Part shown: positions 1 through 7,238 of the stretch, in pieces
Layout of the letters: each line of letters begins with the position of its first letter
How positions within the stretch are numbered: the stretch's first letter is position 1
Source: Clostridia bacterium
GTDB lineage: Bacteria > Bacillota > Clostridia > Christensenellales > Aristaeellaceae
DNA length: 32,000 nt
Assembly: GCA_030526225.1 (NCBI GenBank)
Contig: JAUNDF010000010.1
Span: 1-32,000 of the forward strand
Direction: 5' to 3'
Notes under the pieces: generated by a model
Database searches by the model: none
The model's input: the letters and a program-made list of their open reading frames with translations, nothing else
Told to the model about the DNA's origin: nothing
Position numbers and translations under genes: made by a program

Positions 1-1
1 T

Positions 2-61
2 CCCACCGCAGAGCCCACCGCAGAACCTACTGCCGAGCCTACTGCTGAACCCACCGCCGAA
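2..61 (+). repeat. In-frame 12-nt tandem repeat (5 units) encoding a (PTAE)n linker
   Basis: Units cccaccgcagag / cccaccgcagaa / cctactgccgag / cctactgctgaa / cccaccgccgaa were read directly. The repeat probably continues upstream of the window. Confidence 0.8.
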
Positions 62-661
62 CCCACCCCCACCAACGTGCCGGTCATCAGCGTGCCTGTG
101 GATGCCGTTGTGACCGTGGGCGAAACCACCTTCGGCGATGATGTGTCCCCCGAAGCCGCCGAGCTGCTGAAGGAGCTGGCACAGGCCAAGGCCGAAGTTG
201 CCTTCTACGAGGAGCAGGTTGCCGCCGCCACCGCACAGGCCCTGACCCATCTGGACCCCATTGTGGATGACATCGAAGCACAGCTGGCCGCCGGTGCCGA
301 CTGGGCTGACCTGACCGCCATCTACAACGAGGATCCCGGCATGATGGCCGGCCGCGCCACCGCTGAAACCGGCTACGCTGTCTGCGCCGACATGACCGGC
401 TTTGACAAGCCCTTCGTGGATGCCGCCATGGCCCTGGCCAATGTGGGTGATGTATCTCCCCGCACCGCCGGTGCATACGGCTACTACCTCATCAAGTACG
501 TCAGCGATGTTGCCGAAGGCCCCGTGGCCCTGGACGAAGTCCGCGCCGAACTGGAGCCCGAGGTGCTGACCACCAAGCAGGAAGCCGAATACGAAGCCAA
601 GGTTGCCGCCTGGATTGCCGAAGCTTCCGTCACCAAGGACCTGAAGGCCCTGGAGAACTAA
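2..661 (+). CDS. PpiC/parvulin-type peptidyl-prolyl isomerase (PrsA/SurA-like), C-terminal part. The frame is open to the left window edge.
   Basis: The frame of ORF 77..661 stays open back to position 2 (PTAEPTAE... linker). The C-terminal region has a parvulin-like signature (GDVSPRTAGAYGYYLIKYVSD). Stop TAA at 659-661, followed by a terminator hairpin. Confidence 0.65.
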   Translation, partial: PTAEPTAEPTAEPTAEPTAEPTPTNVPVISVPVDAVVTVGETTFGDDVSPEAAELLKELAQAKAEVAFYEEQVAAATAQALTHLDPIVDDIEAQLAAGADWADLTAIYNEDPGMMAGRATAETGYAVCADMTGFDKPFVDAAMALANVGDVSPRTAGAYGYYLIKYVSDVAEGPVALDEVRAELEPEVLTTKQEAEYEAKVAAWIAEASVTKDLKALEN

Positions 662-674
662 TCAGTCCCTTCTC

Positions 675-711
675 AGGACCGCTCCCGAGTGTGTGGAGCG
701 GTCCTGTTTTT
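675..711 (+). terminator. Rho-independent terminator after the isomerase gene
   Basis: 11-bp perfect stem aggaccgctcc (675-685) / ggagcggtcct (695-705), then g+ttttt. Confidence 0.75.
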
Positions 712-773
712 GCGCTCAAATCCCCCGCAAACAAAAAGATTCAAAAAAGTTTGAAAAAATTTCAAAAAGGGTA

Positions 774-802
774 TTGCAATTTCTCTGAAACTATGCTATA
801 TT
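774..802 (+). promoter_or_regulatory. Sigma-A type promoter for tRNA-Thr
   Basis: TTGCAA (774-779), 17-nt spacer ending in TGc, TATATT (797-802), about 22 nt upstream of the tRNA 5' end. Confidence 0.6.
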
Positions 803-824
803 ATCTGTGTTGCCGATGCAATGT

Positions 825-900
<76 letters not shown>

Positions 901-910
901 TTTTTTATTT

Positions 911-956
911 CCCGCAATTCCTTGTACAGCAAGGGGTTGCGGGGTTTTTGTTTTTG
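911..956 (+). terminator. Rho-independent terminator after tRNA-Thr
   Basis: Stem cccgcaa...ttgcggg with inner ccttg/caagg pairing, followed by gtttttgttttt. Confidence 0.7.
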
Positions 957-1075
957 CTGGTGTTCTGCTCTTTTTGAAACCTGCCTGTCAAAACCCTTGA
1001 GCAGGGTAATACTTTGATGATGCCGGATTGGTCAAACGATATTCGCTCCCGCATTCCCTGCACTTCTGACCCCGA

Positions 1076-1105
1076 TTGACTTTCCCGCACCATGCCATAT
1101 ATAAT
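1076..1105 (+). promoter_or_regulatory. Candidate sigma-A promoter for the mop leader
   Basis: TTGACT (1076-1081), 18-nt spacer, TATAAT (1100-1105). The predicted start falls just before the 5' arm of the leader's outer stem. Confidence 0.45.
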
Positions 1106-1110
1106 ATCCA

Positions 1111-1268
1111 TCGGAAGGATTATGAGTTCATACCTGTTTTATGCCGATGAAACATTCGGGATGATGCAGGGGGAAGCATCCTTTCGCACGCGGGAAGGCG
1201 CTGCAGCCGTCCCTGCATCGGTGCCGATGAAAAACGCGGCATGGTGCGGGCAGACATCATCCTTCCGA
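1111..1268 (+). promoter_or_regulatory. Structured 5' leader upstream of mop. Candidate riboswitch, possibly of the Moco/Tuco class (class not verified).
   Basis: Perfect 10-bp outer helix tcggaaggat (1111-1120) / atccttccga (1259-1268). Nested perfect 9-bp helix gatgcaggg (1163-1171) / ccctgcatc (1211-1219). Duplicated tgccgatgaaa boxes at 1142-1152 and 1222-1232. The 3' arm ends 8 nt before the mop ribosome binding site. Confidence 0.4.
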
Positions 1269-1294
1269 ATATCAAAAAAGGAGTGTACCCCAAA

Positions 1295-1507
1295 ATGAAA
1301 ATCAGCGCACGCAATCAGCTGAAGGGCACCGTTGTGGCCATCGAAGAGGGTGCCGTGAACGGCATCGTCAAGATTGACATCGGCGCCGGCAACGTCATCA
1401 GCTCCACCATCTCCATGGTCTCCATCAAGGAACTGGGCCTGGAGGTCGGCAAGACTGCTTATGCCATCGTGAAGGCTACTTCCGTGATGGTCGGCGTGGA
1501 TGACTGA
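1295..1507 (+). CDS. mop: Molybdopterin-binding protein Mop (single TOBE/Mop domain, 70 aa)
   Basis: MKISARNQLKGTVVAIEEGAVNG...AIVKATSVMVGV is the typical Mop/TOBE sequence. RBS aaaaggag at 1276-1283. Stop TGA. Confidence 0.85.
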   Translation: MKISARNQLKGTVVAIEEGAVNGIVKIDIGAGNVISSTISMVSIKELGLEVGKTAYAIVKATSVMVGVDD

Positions 1508-1542
1508 TTCATGAAGGCTTGAGGCTCCGCAACGCCTCGGAG

Positions 1543-1575
1543 GACTGCTCTCGGGAATGAGGGCAGTCTTTTTTA
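1543..1575 (+). terminator. Rho-independent terminator after mop
   Basis: Stem gactgc...gcagtc followed by tttttt (1569-1574). The GC-rich to AT-rich composition break lies immediately downstream. Confidence 0.7.
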
Positions 1576-1747
1576 TTGTGATATTTGATTTGTCTAGTAT
1601 AAGTTTTTAAGAAGCAGAATTATTGATTGATAAACAAAAGGTTTATACAGTCCAATAGATGTTGGAGTGAAAGTGTTTTACTTTTGTAAATTAATATGAT
1701 ATTATATTAATAAATAAACAAGTAATTGCGTTAAGGAGAGAGAAATA

Positions 1748-3100
1748 ATGAAAAAACATCTCATCGCAACATGTACAATTGTAGTTTTCTCCATCCTGAT
1801 ATTGTCTTCCGTTTGTTTAGCAGACAATGTTGTTAAAGCGTCATTCGTTCATAATGGAATGGAGTTTAAACTATTTTAGAGTGGAACAGCAGAACTTGTA
1901 AAAGTTCGAGATACGCGGTGCGTTAATTTTGAAATACCATCAACAGTAGAAGGATATCTTGTTACAACTATAAATAGCGCTGCTTTTTCAGATTGTAAAT
2001 CATTGGATATATTAATTATTCCGGATTCGGTAAGTTAGATAAATGGAAATCCGTTTGTTGACTGCAAGAATGTTCGATTTAGCATATCCGCACAACATCC
2101 TGCGCTTGCTGTTATCGATGGCGTTTTATTCTCAAAACCGGATAAAAGACTGATTTCGTATCCGGCATGGAAAGATAATAAAACATATGAAGTGCCGGAT
2201 GGAATTGTGACAATTGGTGATTGGGCTTTTGCTTATAATGAAAGATTATCAAGCATTATTCTGCCTAATACTGTAAAAACAATTGGAGAAAAGGCATTCA
2301 TATTTTGCAATAGACTATCTAAGATTAATCTGCCAGAGAGCGTAGAAACCATTGGGATAAATCCATTTTATGGATGCAACAAAGTTGATGTTAAAATAAA
2401 TAGCAAACAAGAGCACTATCTTGTGAAGAGTGGAGTGCTTATTTCAAAAAAAGATAGCAGAATGATTAGCTATCTGCTAGGTTCAACAAAAAAGTCTTAT
2501 TCCATACCTAAAAATGTTGAAGTTATTGGCGAGTATGCATTTTCTTGCAATGGTGACTTAAAGTCGATAGAAATGCCTAATAGCGTTAAAAAAATCTGTA
2601 AAGGTGCTTTTTTGGGATGCTATGATCTTCAAACGATTCGTCTTTCTGCTAACATCGAAATCATTGAAGAATAGCTTTTTTATAGCTGTCGTGAACTGAA
2701 AAGAATTGAAATTCCTCAAGGTGTGAAGGCGATTGGGAAAAGTGCGTTTGAAAATTGTGTATACCTCATAAGCGTAAAAATGCCAAATAGCTTAATATAG
2801 ATAGGAGATAGAGCCTTTGCTAACTGTAGTACCTTAACAAGTGTGAACGTTCCGTGCAATGTTACTACTATTGGATGGCGCGCATTTGAACATTGTACAA
2901 ATTTGGAAGAAATAATGATTCCTAAGAGCGTAAATAAAATAGCCTTCGATGCTTTTAAATATTGCGATAAAATAGTTGTGTATGTATAGCCTGATAGTTA
3001 TGCAGAATATGTCTTGCCACTTTCAGGTATACCTACCAACTATAAGGACACTGAAGTCCCTTTGACGAACTCAAGTGACTTTGGATGGCTTAAATAGTAA
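1748..3100 (+). CDS. Secreted BspA-type leucine-rich-repeat protein (450 codons) containing six in-frame TAG codons. It would be a pseudogene under the standard code.
   Basis: ATG at 1748 with RBS aaggagag. Signal peptide MKKHLIATCTIVVFSILILSSVCLA. About 12 repeats of IPxSVxxIGxxAFxxCxxL. I translated the single frame 1748-3100: the only interruptions are TAG at 1877, 2036, 2672, 2798, 2987 and 3095, and the frame ends at TAA 3098-3100. There are no frameshifts. GC is roughly 33 percent by eye. Confidence 0.6.
1877..1879 (+). other. In-frame TAG (candidate sense codon) in the LRR gene
   Basis: Context ...GMEFKLF[TAG]SGTAELV. In frame with ATG 1748 (offset 129). Confidence 0.55.
2036..2038 (+). 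other. In-frame TAG in the LRR gene
   Basis: IPDSVS[TAG]INGNPF aligns with LPESVETIGINPF of a sister repeat. Confidence 0.55.
2672..2674 (+). other. In-frame TAG in the LRR gene
   Basis: NIEIIEE[TAG]LFYSCRELKRIEIP. The repeat register continues across the codon. Confidence 0.55.
2798..2800 (+). other. In-frame TAG in the LRR gene
   Basis: MPNSLI[TAG]IGDRAFANC aligns with MPNSVKKICKGAFLGC. Confidence 0.55.
2987..2989 (+). other. In-frame TAG in the LRR gene
   Basis: Context KIVVYV[TAG]PDSYAEYV. Confidence 0.5.
3095..3097 (+). other. In-frame TAG immediately preceding the TAA of the LRR gene
   Basis: ...GWLK[TAG][TAA]. It is either a tandem stop or a final sense codon before the true TAA stop. 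Confidence 0.35.
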
Positions 3101-3129
3101 ATAATTGACCGAAATTTATATAAAACCCC

Positions 3130-3158
3130 TTGCATTCCCCGCTCACTTATGCTACAAT
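3130..3158 (+). promoter_or_regulatory. Candidate sigma-A promoter (extended -10) for the BFD/Dabb pair
   Basis: TTGCAT (3130-3135), 17-nt spacer ending in TGc, TACAAT (3153-3158). Confidence 0.5.
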
Positions 3159-3235
3159 AAAGCCAGAAAGAGAGAGAAAGAAAAGGTCACAGGGAGTGAC
3201 CGGAAAATGATGAGAAGGAGGCGATTCCATTGGAT

Positions 3236-3406
3236 ATGGAAGAAACTGTGTGCTTCTGCGCTGACGTGAACGTAGGACAGATAAAGGCTGCTGTGGAAGC
3301 AGGCGCAACCACGGTAGAGGCTGTGGGTGAAGCCACCGGCGCCGGGACCCATTGCGGTGGCTGCCAGGAGCGAATCGCTGAGTTGATCGCGGAGTTCACC
3401 AAGTAA
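3236..3406 (+). CDS. BFD-like [2Fe-2S]-binding domain protein (56 aa; too short for the ORF track)
   Basis: Hand translation gives MEETVCFCADVNVGQIKAAVEAGATTVEAVGEATGAGTHCGGCQERIAELIAEFTK, with the CxC...CxxC pattern of BFD-like domains. GGAGG at 3217-3221. An alternative in-frame TTG start lies at 3230. The TAA stop overlaps the next ATG (TAATG). Confidence 0.65.
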   Translation: MEETVCFCADVNVGQIKAAVEAGATTVEAVGEATGAGTHCGGCQERIAELIAEFTK

Positions 3407-3699
3407 TGAAGCATTGTATTCTGTGCAAGTTTAAACCCGAGGTAAAACAAACAGATTGGCAGGCGATGCTGCCTGACATAGAGAAAATCTTTGATAAAAC
3501 ACTGTCCATCGACGGCGTAGAACAGGTAGAGCTGATAACCAACTGCGTGGATCGCGACAATCGCTATGATTTACTGATTCGCATGACCATGACCCGAGAA
3601 GCCCTGCCGGCTTATGATGCTTGCCCTGCCCATGCCGAGTGGAAAAACAGTTACGGAAATAAGCTGGAAAAGAAAGCCATTTTCGACTACGAAGCTTGA
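3406..3699 (+). CDS. Dabb (stress-responsive alpha/beta barrel) domain protein
   Basis: 97 aa: MKHCILCKFKPEV...DLLIRMTMTREALPAYDACPAHAEWK, a Dabb-like pattern. Translationally coupled to the upstream gene. Confidence 0.7.
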   Translation: MKHCILCKFKPEVKQTDWQAMLPDIEKIFDKTLSIDGVEQVELITNCVDRDNRYDLLIRMTMTREALPAYDACPAHAEWKNSYGNKLEKKAIFDYEA

Positions 3700-3730
3700 A
3701 TGAACCTTTATAACCAAATGACCGACCGAC

Positions 3731-3756
3731 ACGCTCCCGCAAGGGAGCGTTTTTTG
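3731..3756 (+). terminator. Rho-independent terminator
   Basis: acgctccc / gcaa loop / gggagcgt, followed by ttttt. Confidence 0.8.
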
Positions 3757-3787
3757 TATGTATTGCAGAGAAACAGGCTGATTTTGA

Positions 3788-3816
3788 TTGACTGCAGCCG
3801 CCGGAGGTGCTACAAT
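3788..3816 (+). promoter_or_regulatory. Candidate sigma-A promoter (extended -10) for flotillin
   Basis: TTGACT (3788-3793), 17-nt spacer ending in TGc, TACAAT (3811-3816). Confidence 0.55.
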
Positions 3817-3853
3817 AGAAATAGCAAAAAACCGAATACAAGGAGGACTATCC

Positions 3854-5284
3854 ATGGACGGCAATTCTTTTCTGTATTTCCTGTCCCACAATTGGATGTG
3901 GGTGCTGCTGGGGCTGGTTGTGCTCATCATCCTCATCAAATTCATGCCCCGGTACAAAATCGCCCCGCCGGATAACGCGCTGATTATTTCCGGTCTGGTG
4001 CGGCGCAATTACAAGGTGCGCAACCATGACGGCACCGTGCAGAGCAAGCGCTTCGGCTACCGCATCATCCGCGGCGGCGCAACCTTCTTCATCCCGGCGC
4101 TGGAGCGGGTGGACAAGCTGGATATGTGCCTGATGCAGGTGGATATCCGCACGGCCCAGCCGGTGCCCACCAAGGAATACATCCCGGTGTTTGTGGATGC
4201 GGTGGCCAACATCAAAATCGGTTCGGATGACATCGCCATCGCCACCGCCGCAGAGCAGCTGCTGCACTACGATGCCGAGCAGATTAAGACCCTCGCCAAG
4301 GATGTGCTGGAAGGCAACATGCGCGAAATCATCGGCCAGATGACCATCGCGGAGCTGGTGCAGAACCGCGACAAGTTCGCGCAGGAATCCATCAAGGCCG
4401 CCATGACCGACATGAGCAACATGGGTCTGGAAATCATCAACCTGACCATCCAGAACTTCGCCGATGTGGATGGCAAGGTGGTGGATACCATGGCCGTCCA
4501 GAACGTGGTCACCAAGGAGCGCGATGCCGAAATCGCCCGCGCCAAGGCCATGCAGGAGCAGAATCAGGCAAAGGTGGAGGCCGAGGCCATCATCGCCGAG
4601 CAGAACAAGAATCTGGAGATTCAGAAGGCGGCCTACAAGATTGAGCAGGACCAGAAGCGCGCACAGGCCGACCAGGCGTATGACATCGAGAAGGAATCCA
4701 TCCGCAAAAAGTTTGAGACAGAGCATGCCGCGGCCGAGCTGACCAAGCTGCAGAAGCAGACCGAGCTGCAGCGCCAGCAGGTTGAAATCGAGCGTGAGCG
4801 GCTGAATGTGGAAATCCGCGAGAAGGCCAACGCCGAAAAGGATGCCCGCATGGCACAGGCCGAGGCGGACCGCTATGAGCGTCAGGCCAAGGCTGATGCT
4901 GATTTGTATCAGGCCGAGCGCGAGGCGGAAGCCATCCGCCGCAAGGGTGAAGCGGAAGCCGAGGCCATCCGCCTGAAGGCGGAGGCTATGAAGCTGTACG
5001 GTCAGGCCGCCATGCTGGAAATGGTGGTTGACAAGCTGCCCGAGATTGCCCGCAGCGTATCCGAGCCGCTGAGCAAGACGGAGAAGATTATCATGTTCGG
5101 CGAAGGCGGCGCCACCCGCATGGCAAGGGACACCGCCGGTACCATGCTGCAGACCTTCGAGGCTGTGAAGGAAAGCGTGGGCCTTGACATTCCTCAGATG
5201 CTGAAGGATGTGACCACCGGCGGTCTGGTGGGCAAGCAGCCTGCCGGCACCCCCGCAGAGGCCGATGCACCTGCGGCAGAGTAA
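3854..5284 (+). CDS. floT: Flotillin / SPFH-domain protein (FloT/YuaG-like)
   Basis: ATG 3854 lies 7 nt after AGGAGG (3841-3846). N-terminal TM helix, SPFH/band-7 region, and a long Ala/Glu/Gln/Arg-rich coiled-coil (flotillin repeats). Stop TAA. Confidence 0.88.
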   Translation: MDGNSFLYFLSHNWMWVLLGLVVLIILIKFMPRYKIAPPDNALIISGLVRRNYKVRNHDGTVQSKRFGYRIIRGGATFFIPALERVDKLDMCLMQVDIRTAQPVPTKEYIPVFVDAVANIKIGSDDIAIATAAEQLLHYDAEQIKTLAKDVLEGNMREIIGQMTIAELVQNRDKFAQESIKAAMTDMSNMGLEIINLTIQNFADVDGKVVDTMAVQNVVTKERDAEIARAKAMQEQNQAKVEAEAIIAEQNKNLEIQKAAYKIEQDQKRAQADQAYDIEKESIRKKFETEHAAAELTKLQKQTELQRQQVEIERERLNVEIREKANAEKDARMAQAEADRYERQAKADADLYQAEREAEAIRRKGEAEAEAIRLKAEAMKLYGQAAMLEMVVDKLPEIARSVSEPLSKTEKIIMFGEGGATRMARDTAGTMLQTFEAVKESVGLDIPQMLKDVTTGGLVGKQPAGTPAEADAPAAE

Positions 5285-5304
5285 GCAATTGAACAGATAA
5301 GCGC

Positions 5305-5338
5305 AGGGGCTGTGATTGATTTTCACAGCCCCTGTTTC
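5305..5338 (+). terminator. Terminator hairpin after flotillin
   Basis: aggggctgtga (5305-5315) / tcacagcccct (5323-5333) followed by gtttc. The T tract is weak. Confidence 0.6.
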
Positions 5339-5374
5339 AACCTTCTCCGTCACGGCAAAGGCAATGGAACGCAA

Positions 5375-5401
5375 CAAAAAAAGAGTGGCCGAAGCCACTC
5401 T
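5375..5401 (-). terminator. Rho-independent terminator of the minus-strand gene 5415..6101
   Basis: agagtggc / cgaa loop / gccactct, preceded by an A-run on + (a T-run on -). Confidence 0.65.
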
Positions 5402-5414
5402 GATTGTCGGTCAA

Positions 5415-6101
5415 TTACTTGACGAAGAAAAGCTCAATGCCCATCAGCTCGCAGCGGGCCATGCCGTCTGCCAGCAGCTGGATGCCGTAGGTCATGGTTT
5501 CGTCGCCGACGGACACGGTCTTGGTCAGTTCGCCGTCCTTCAGCTCGTAGGCGCCGTCATCGTTGCCCATCATGGTGACATTGCCGTTGTCGATGACCAT
5601 GGTCATGTCTTCGCCGAACATGTCCTTCAGCTCAGCGGGGTCGGCCGTGGCCAGATCGATATACATGCCGCCAAAGCCCATCTTGCACATGGTCCAGGTG
5701 CCGTTGAAGGCGGTGATGTCATCGGTGCTTACCTTTTCGGCAGGCACGAAAGCGGCGGCGGGGGGCTCGTGGGTGAAAATCAGGGAAGTGCCTTCCTCTT
5801 CCATGACAAGGGTATCGCCGTCAACGGTGAATTCCTGTACGGAATCGCCGATGGTCACGGTTACCTTGCCGTCAGCCTCGGCCCAGCTGCAGTCGGCAGA
5901 TTCGCCCATGACGGTGGCGGCACCGGTGCCGTCTTCCTTCAGGTCAAAGGACATTTCCATGCCCAGGTCACCCGGGTTCATGGCTGCACCGGAAGCACTG
6001 ATGGTGTTGAGATACCATACGCCGGGAACGCCCTCAGCCACGGCAGCCACAGTGCACAGCAGCATCATAACGGCCAGCAGAACAGATACAAGCTTCTTCA
6101 T
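5415..6101 (-). CDS. Secreted hypothetical protein with two internal lipocalin-like repeats
   Basis: The start was moved to the internal MKKLVSVLLAVMMLLCTVAAVAEG signal peptide (ATG at 6099-6101 on -, with aaggagg upstream). Stop TAA. No family was recognised with confidence. Confidence 0.65.
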   Translation of the reverse strand: MKKLVSVLLAVMMLLCTVAAVAEGVPGVWYLNTISASGAAMNPGDLGMEMSFDLKEDGTGAATVMGESADCSWAEADGKVTVTIGDSVQEFTVDGDTLVMEEEGTSLIFTHEPPAAAFVPAEKVSTDDITAFNGTWTMCKMGFGGMYIDLATADPAELKDMFGEDMTMVIDNGNVTMMGNDDGAYELKDGELTKTVSVGDETMTYGIQLLADGMARCELMGIELFFVK

Positions 6102-6290
6102 TGTGTTTTCCTCCTTCACAGGTTGGATGATATCAATCAAGCCTTTTTCAGGCCGTGATTCGGAGAATATGGTTTGATTGGTTGATTTTTCCATTCGCTT
6201 TCGGTATATTGATTATAGCAGAGAAAACGACAGTTCACCAGTGCAATAATGGAGTGAATATCAACCGGATACAACAAAGGAGGGATTCCC

Positions 6291-7178
6291 GTGAAATTCA
6301 GAAAAGCATTGTCGATGCTTTTGGCTATGCTGATGCTGGCCTGCGCCCTGCCCGCGATGGCAGACACCCCCCTGGCGGATTGCTTTGATGCCCAGCAGAC
6401 GCTGCTGTTTTCCACCACCAACGTGGCCCTGCAGGTGGATGCGGAATTCGCGCTGGATGACGTGGCCTTCAAGCATGCAACACTCACCCACCGGCAGGAC
6501 CTGAACGATTCCGTGCGGGAGCTGGTGATGGAAACGCCCATGAAGGACGGCACCACCCTGCGCAGCGGCTTTACGGTGGTGACCTTCGCCTCCGAGACCA
6601 CCGCCTATGAGAGCGGCTTCATCGTCCGGCAGTACGAAACCTATCCGGGCAAGTTCTCCATCCTGCGGCCGCGGATTTGGTCCGATGCGCTTTTGCCGGT
6701 GCTTCGGGCAGCCGTCAAGCAAATGGAAGCATCATTGGGGGACGGCGTACAGGTCACGGTCAGGAGCGACGGCAGCCGGGTCATCCATGTGGAGGTCGGG
6801 GAAAAGGATGTGCCGGAGACCATGAACGGTCTTGTGACCCTGCTGGCCCTGCATGCGGCGGAAAAGTACACCGGCACCAGCGTGATGACCATGTCCTCCG
6901 CCATCATGCCGGAGATGAGCAGCTTTGCCACCATTGCCGACGGGCTGGTGTACTGCACCAAGTCTCTGCGAATCATCTCTGCCGCGGGAGACATCACCCT
7001 TGATGAATACGGCAATCTGACCGAATGCAAGGGCAATGTACTGCTGCTTTTGCAGGAGAAAAACGGCATGCTTCACGAGCTGTCCGTCACCTTTACAGAA
7101 ACGGCGGATGAGTACGGCTTTGTCAGCATTCCCCGGGATAATCCGGCAAAATACAACACATGGTTTCCGGCAGATTAA
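6291..7178 (+). CDS. Secreted hypothetical protein
   Basis: GTG start after aaaggaggg. Signal peptide MKFRKALSMLLAMLMLACALPAMA. The ORF has the coding-like composition of its neighbours. Stop TAA. Confidence 0.65.
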   Translation: MKFRKALSMLLAMLMLACALPAMADTPLADCFDAQQTLLFSTTNVALQVDAEFALDDVAFKHATLTHRQDLNDSVRELVMETPMKDGTTLRSGFTVVTFASETTAYESGFIVRQYETYPGKFSILRPRIWSDALLPVLRAAVKQMEASLGDGVQVTVRSDGSRVIHVEVGEKDVPETMNGLVTLLALHAAEKYTGTSVMTMSSAIMPEMSSFATIADGLVYCTKSLRIISAAGDITLDEYGNLTECKGNVLLLLQEKNGMLHELSVTFTETADEYGFVSIPRDNPAKYNTWFPAD

Positions 7179-7191
7179 TCAGACAAAAACA

Positions 7192-7219
7192 AGCGCCGCC
7201 CTTTCGGACGGCGCTCTTT
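7192..7219. terminator. Hairpin between convergent genes (possibly a bidirectional terminator)
   Basis: agcgccg..cc / tttc loop / gg..cggcgct, flanked by aaaaaca on the left and ctttgt on the right. Confidence 0.55.
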
Positions 7220-7238
7220 GTATGCGCGGAATATGGGA

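Noticed and set aside
1092-1298. ORF 1092..1298 (+), 68 aa, and the antisense ORFs 905..1111 and 1120..1314 in the tRNA-mop gap.
   Set aside because: They have no RBS and no recognisable protein features. The region is better explained by nested RNA helices directly upstream of the mop RBS.
3095-3100. TAG-TAA at the end of the LRR gene as evidence that TAG still terminates.
   Set aside because: It is ambiguous. A tandem TAG-TAA fits equally well with TAG as a last sense codon followed by the real TAA stop. It is not counted either way.
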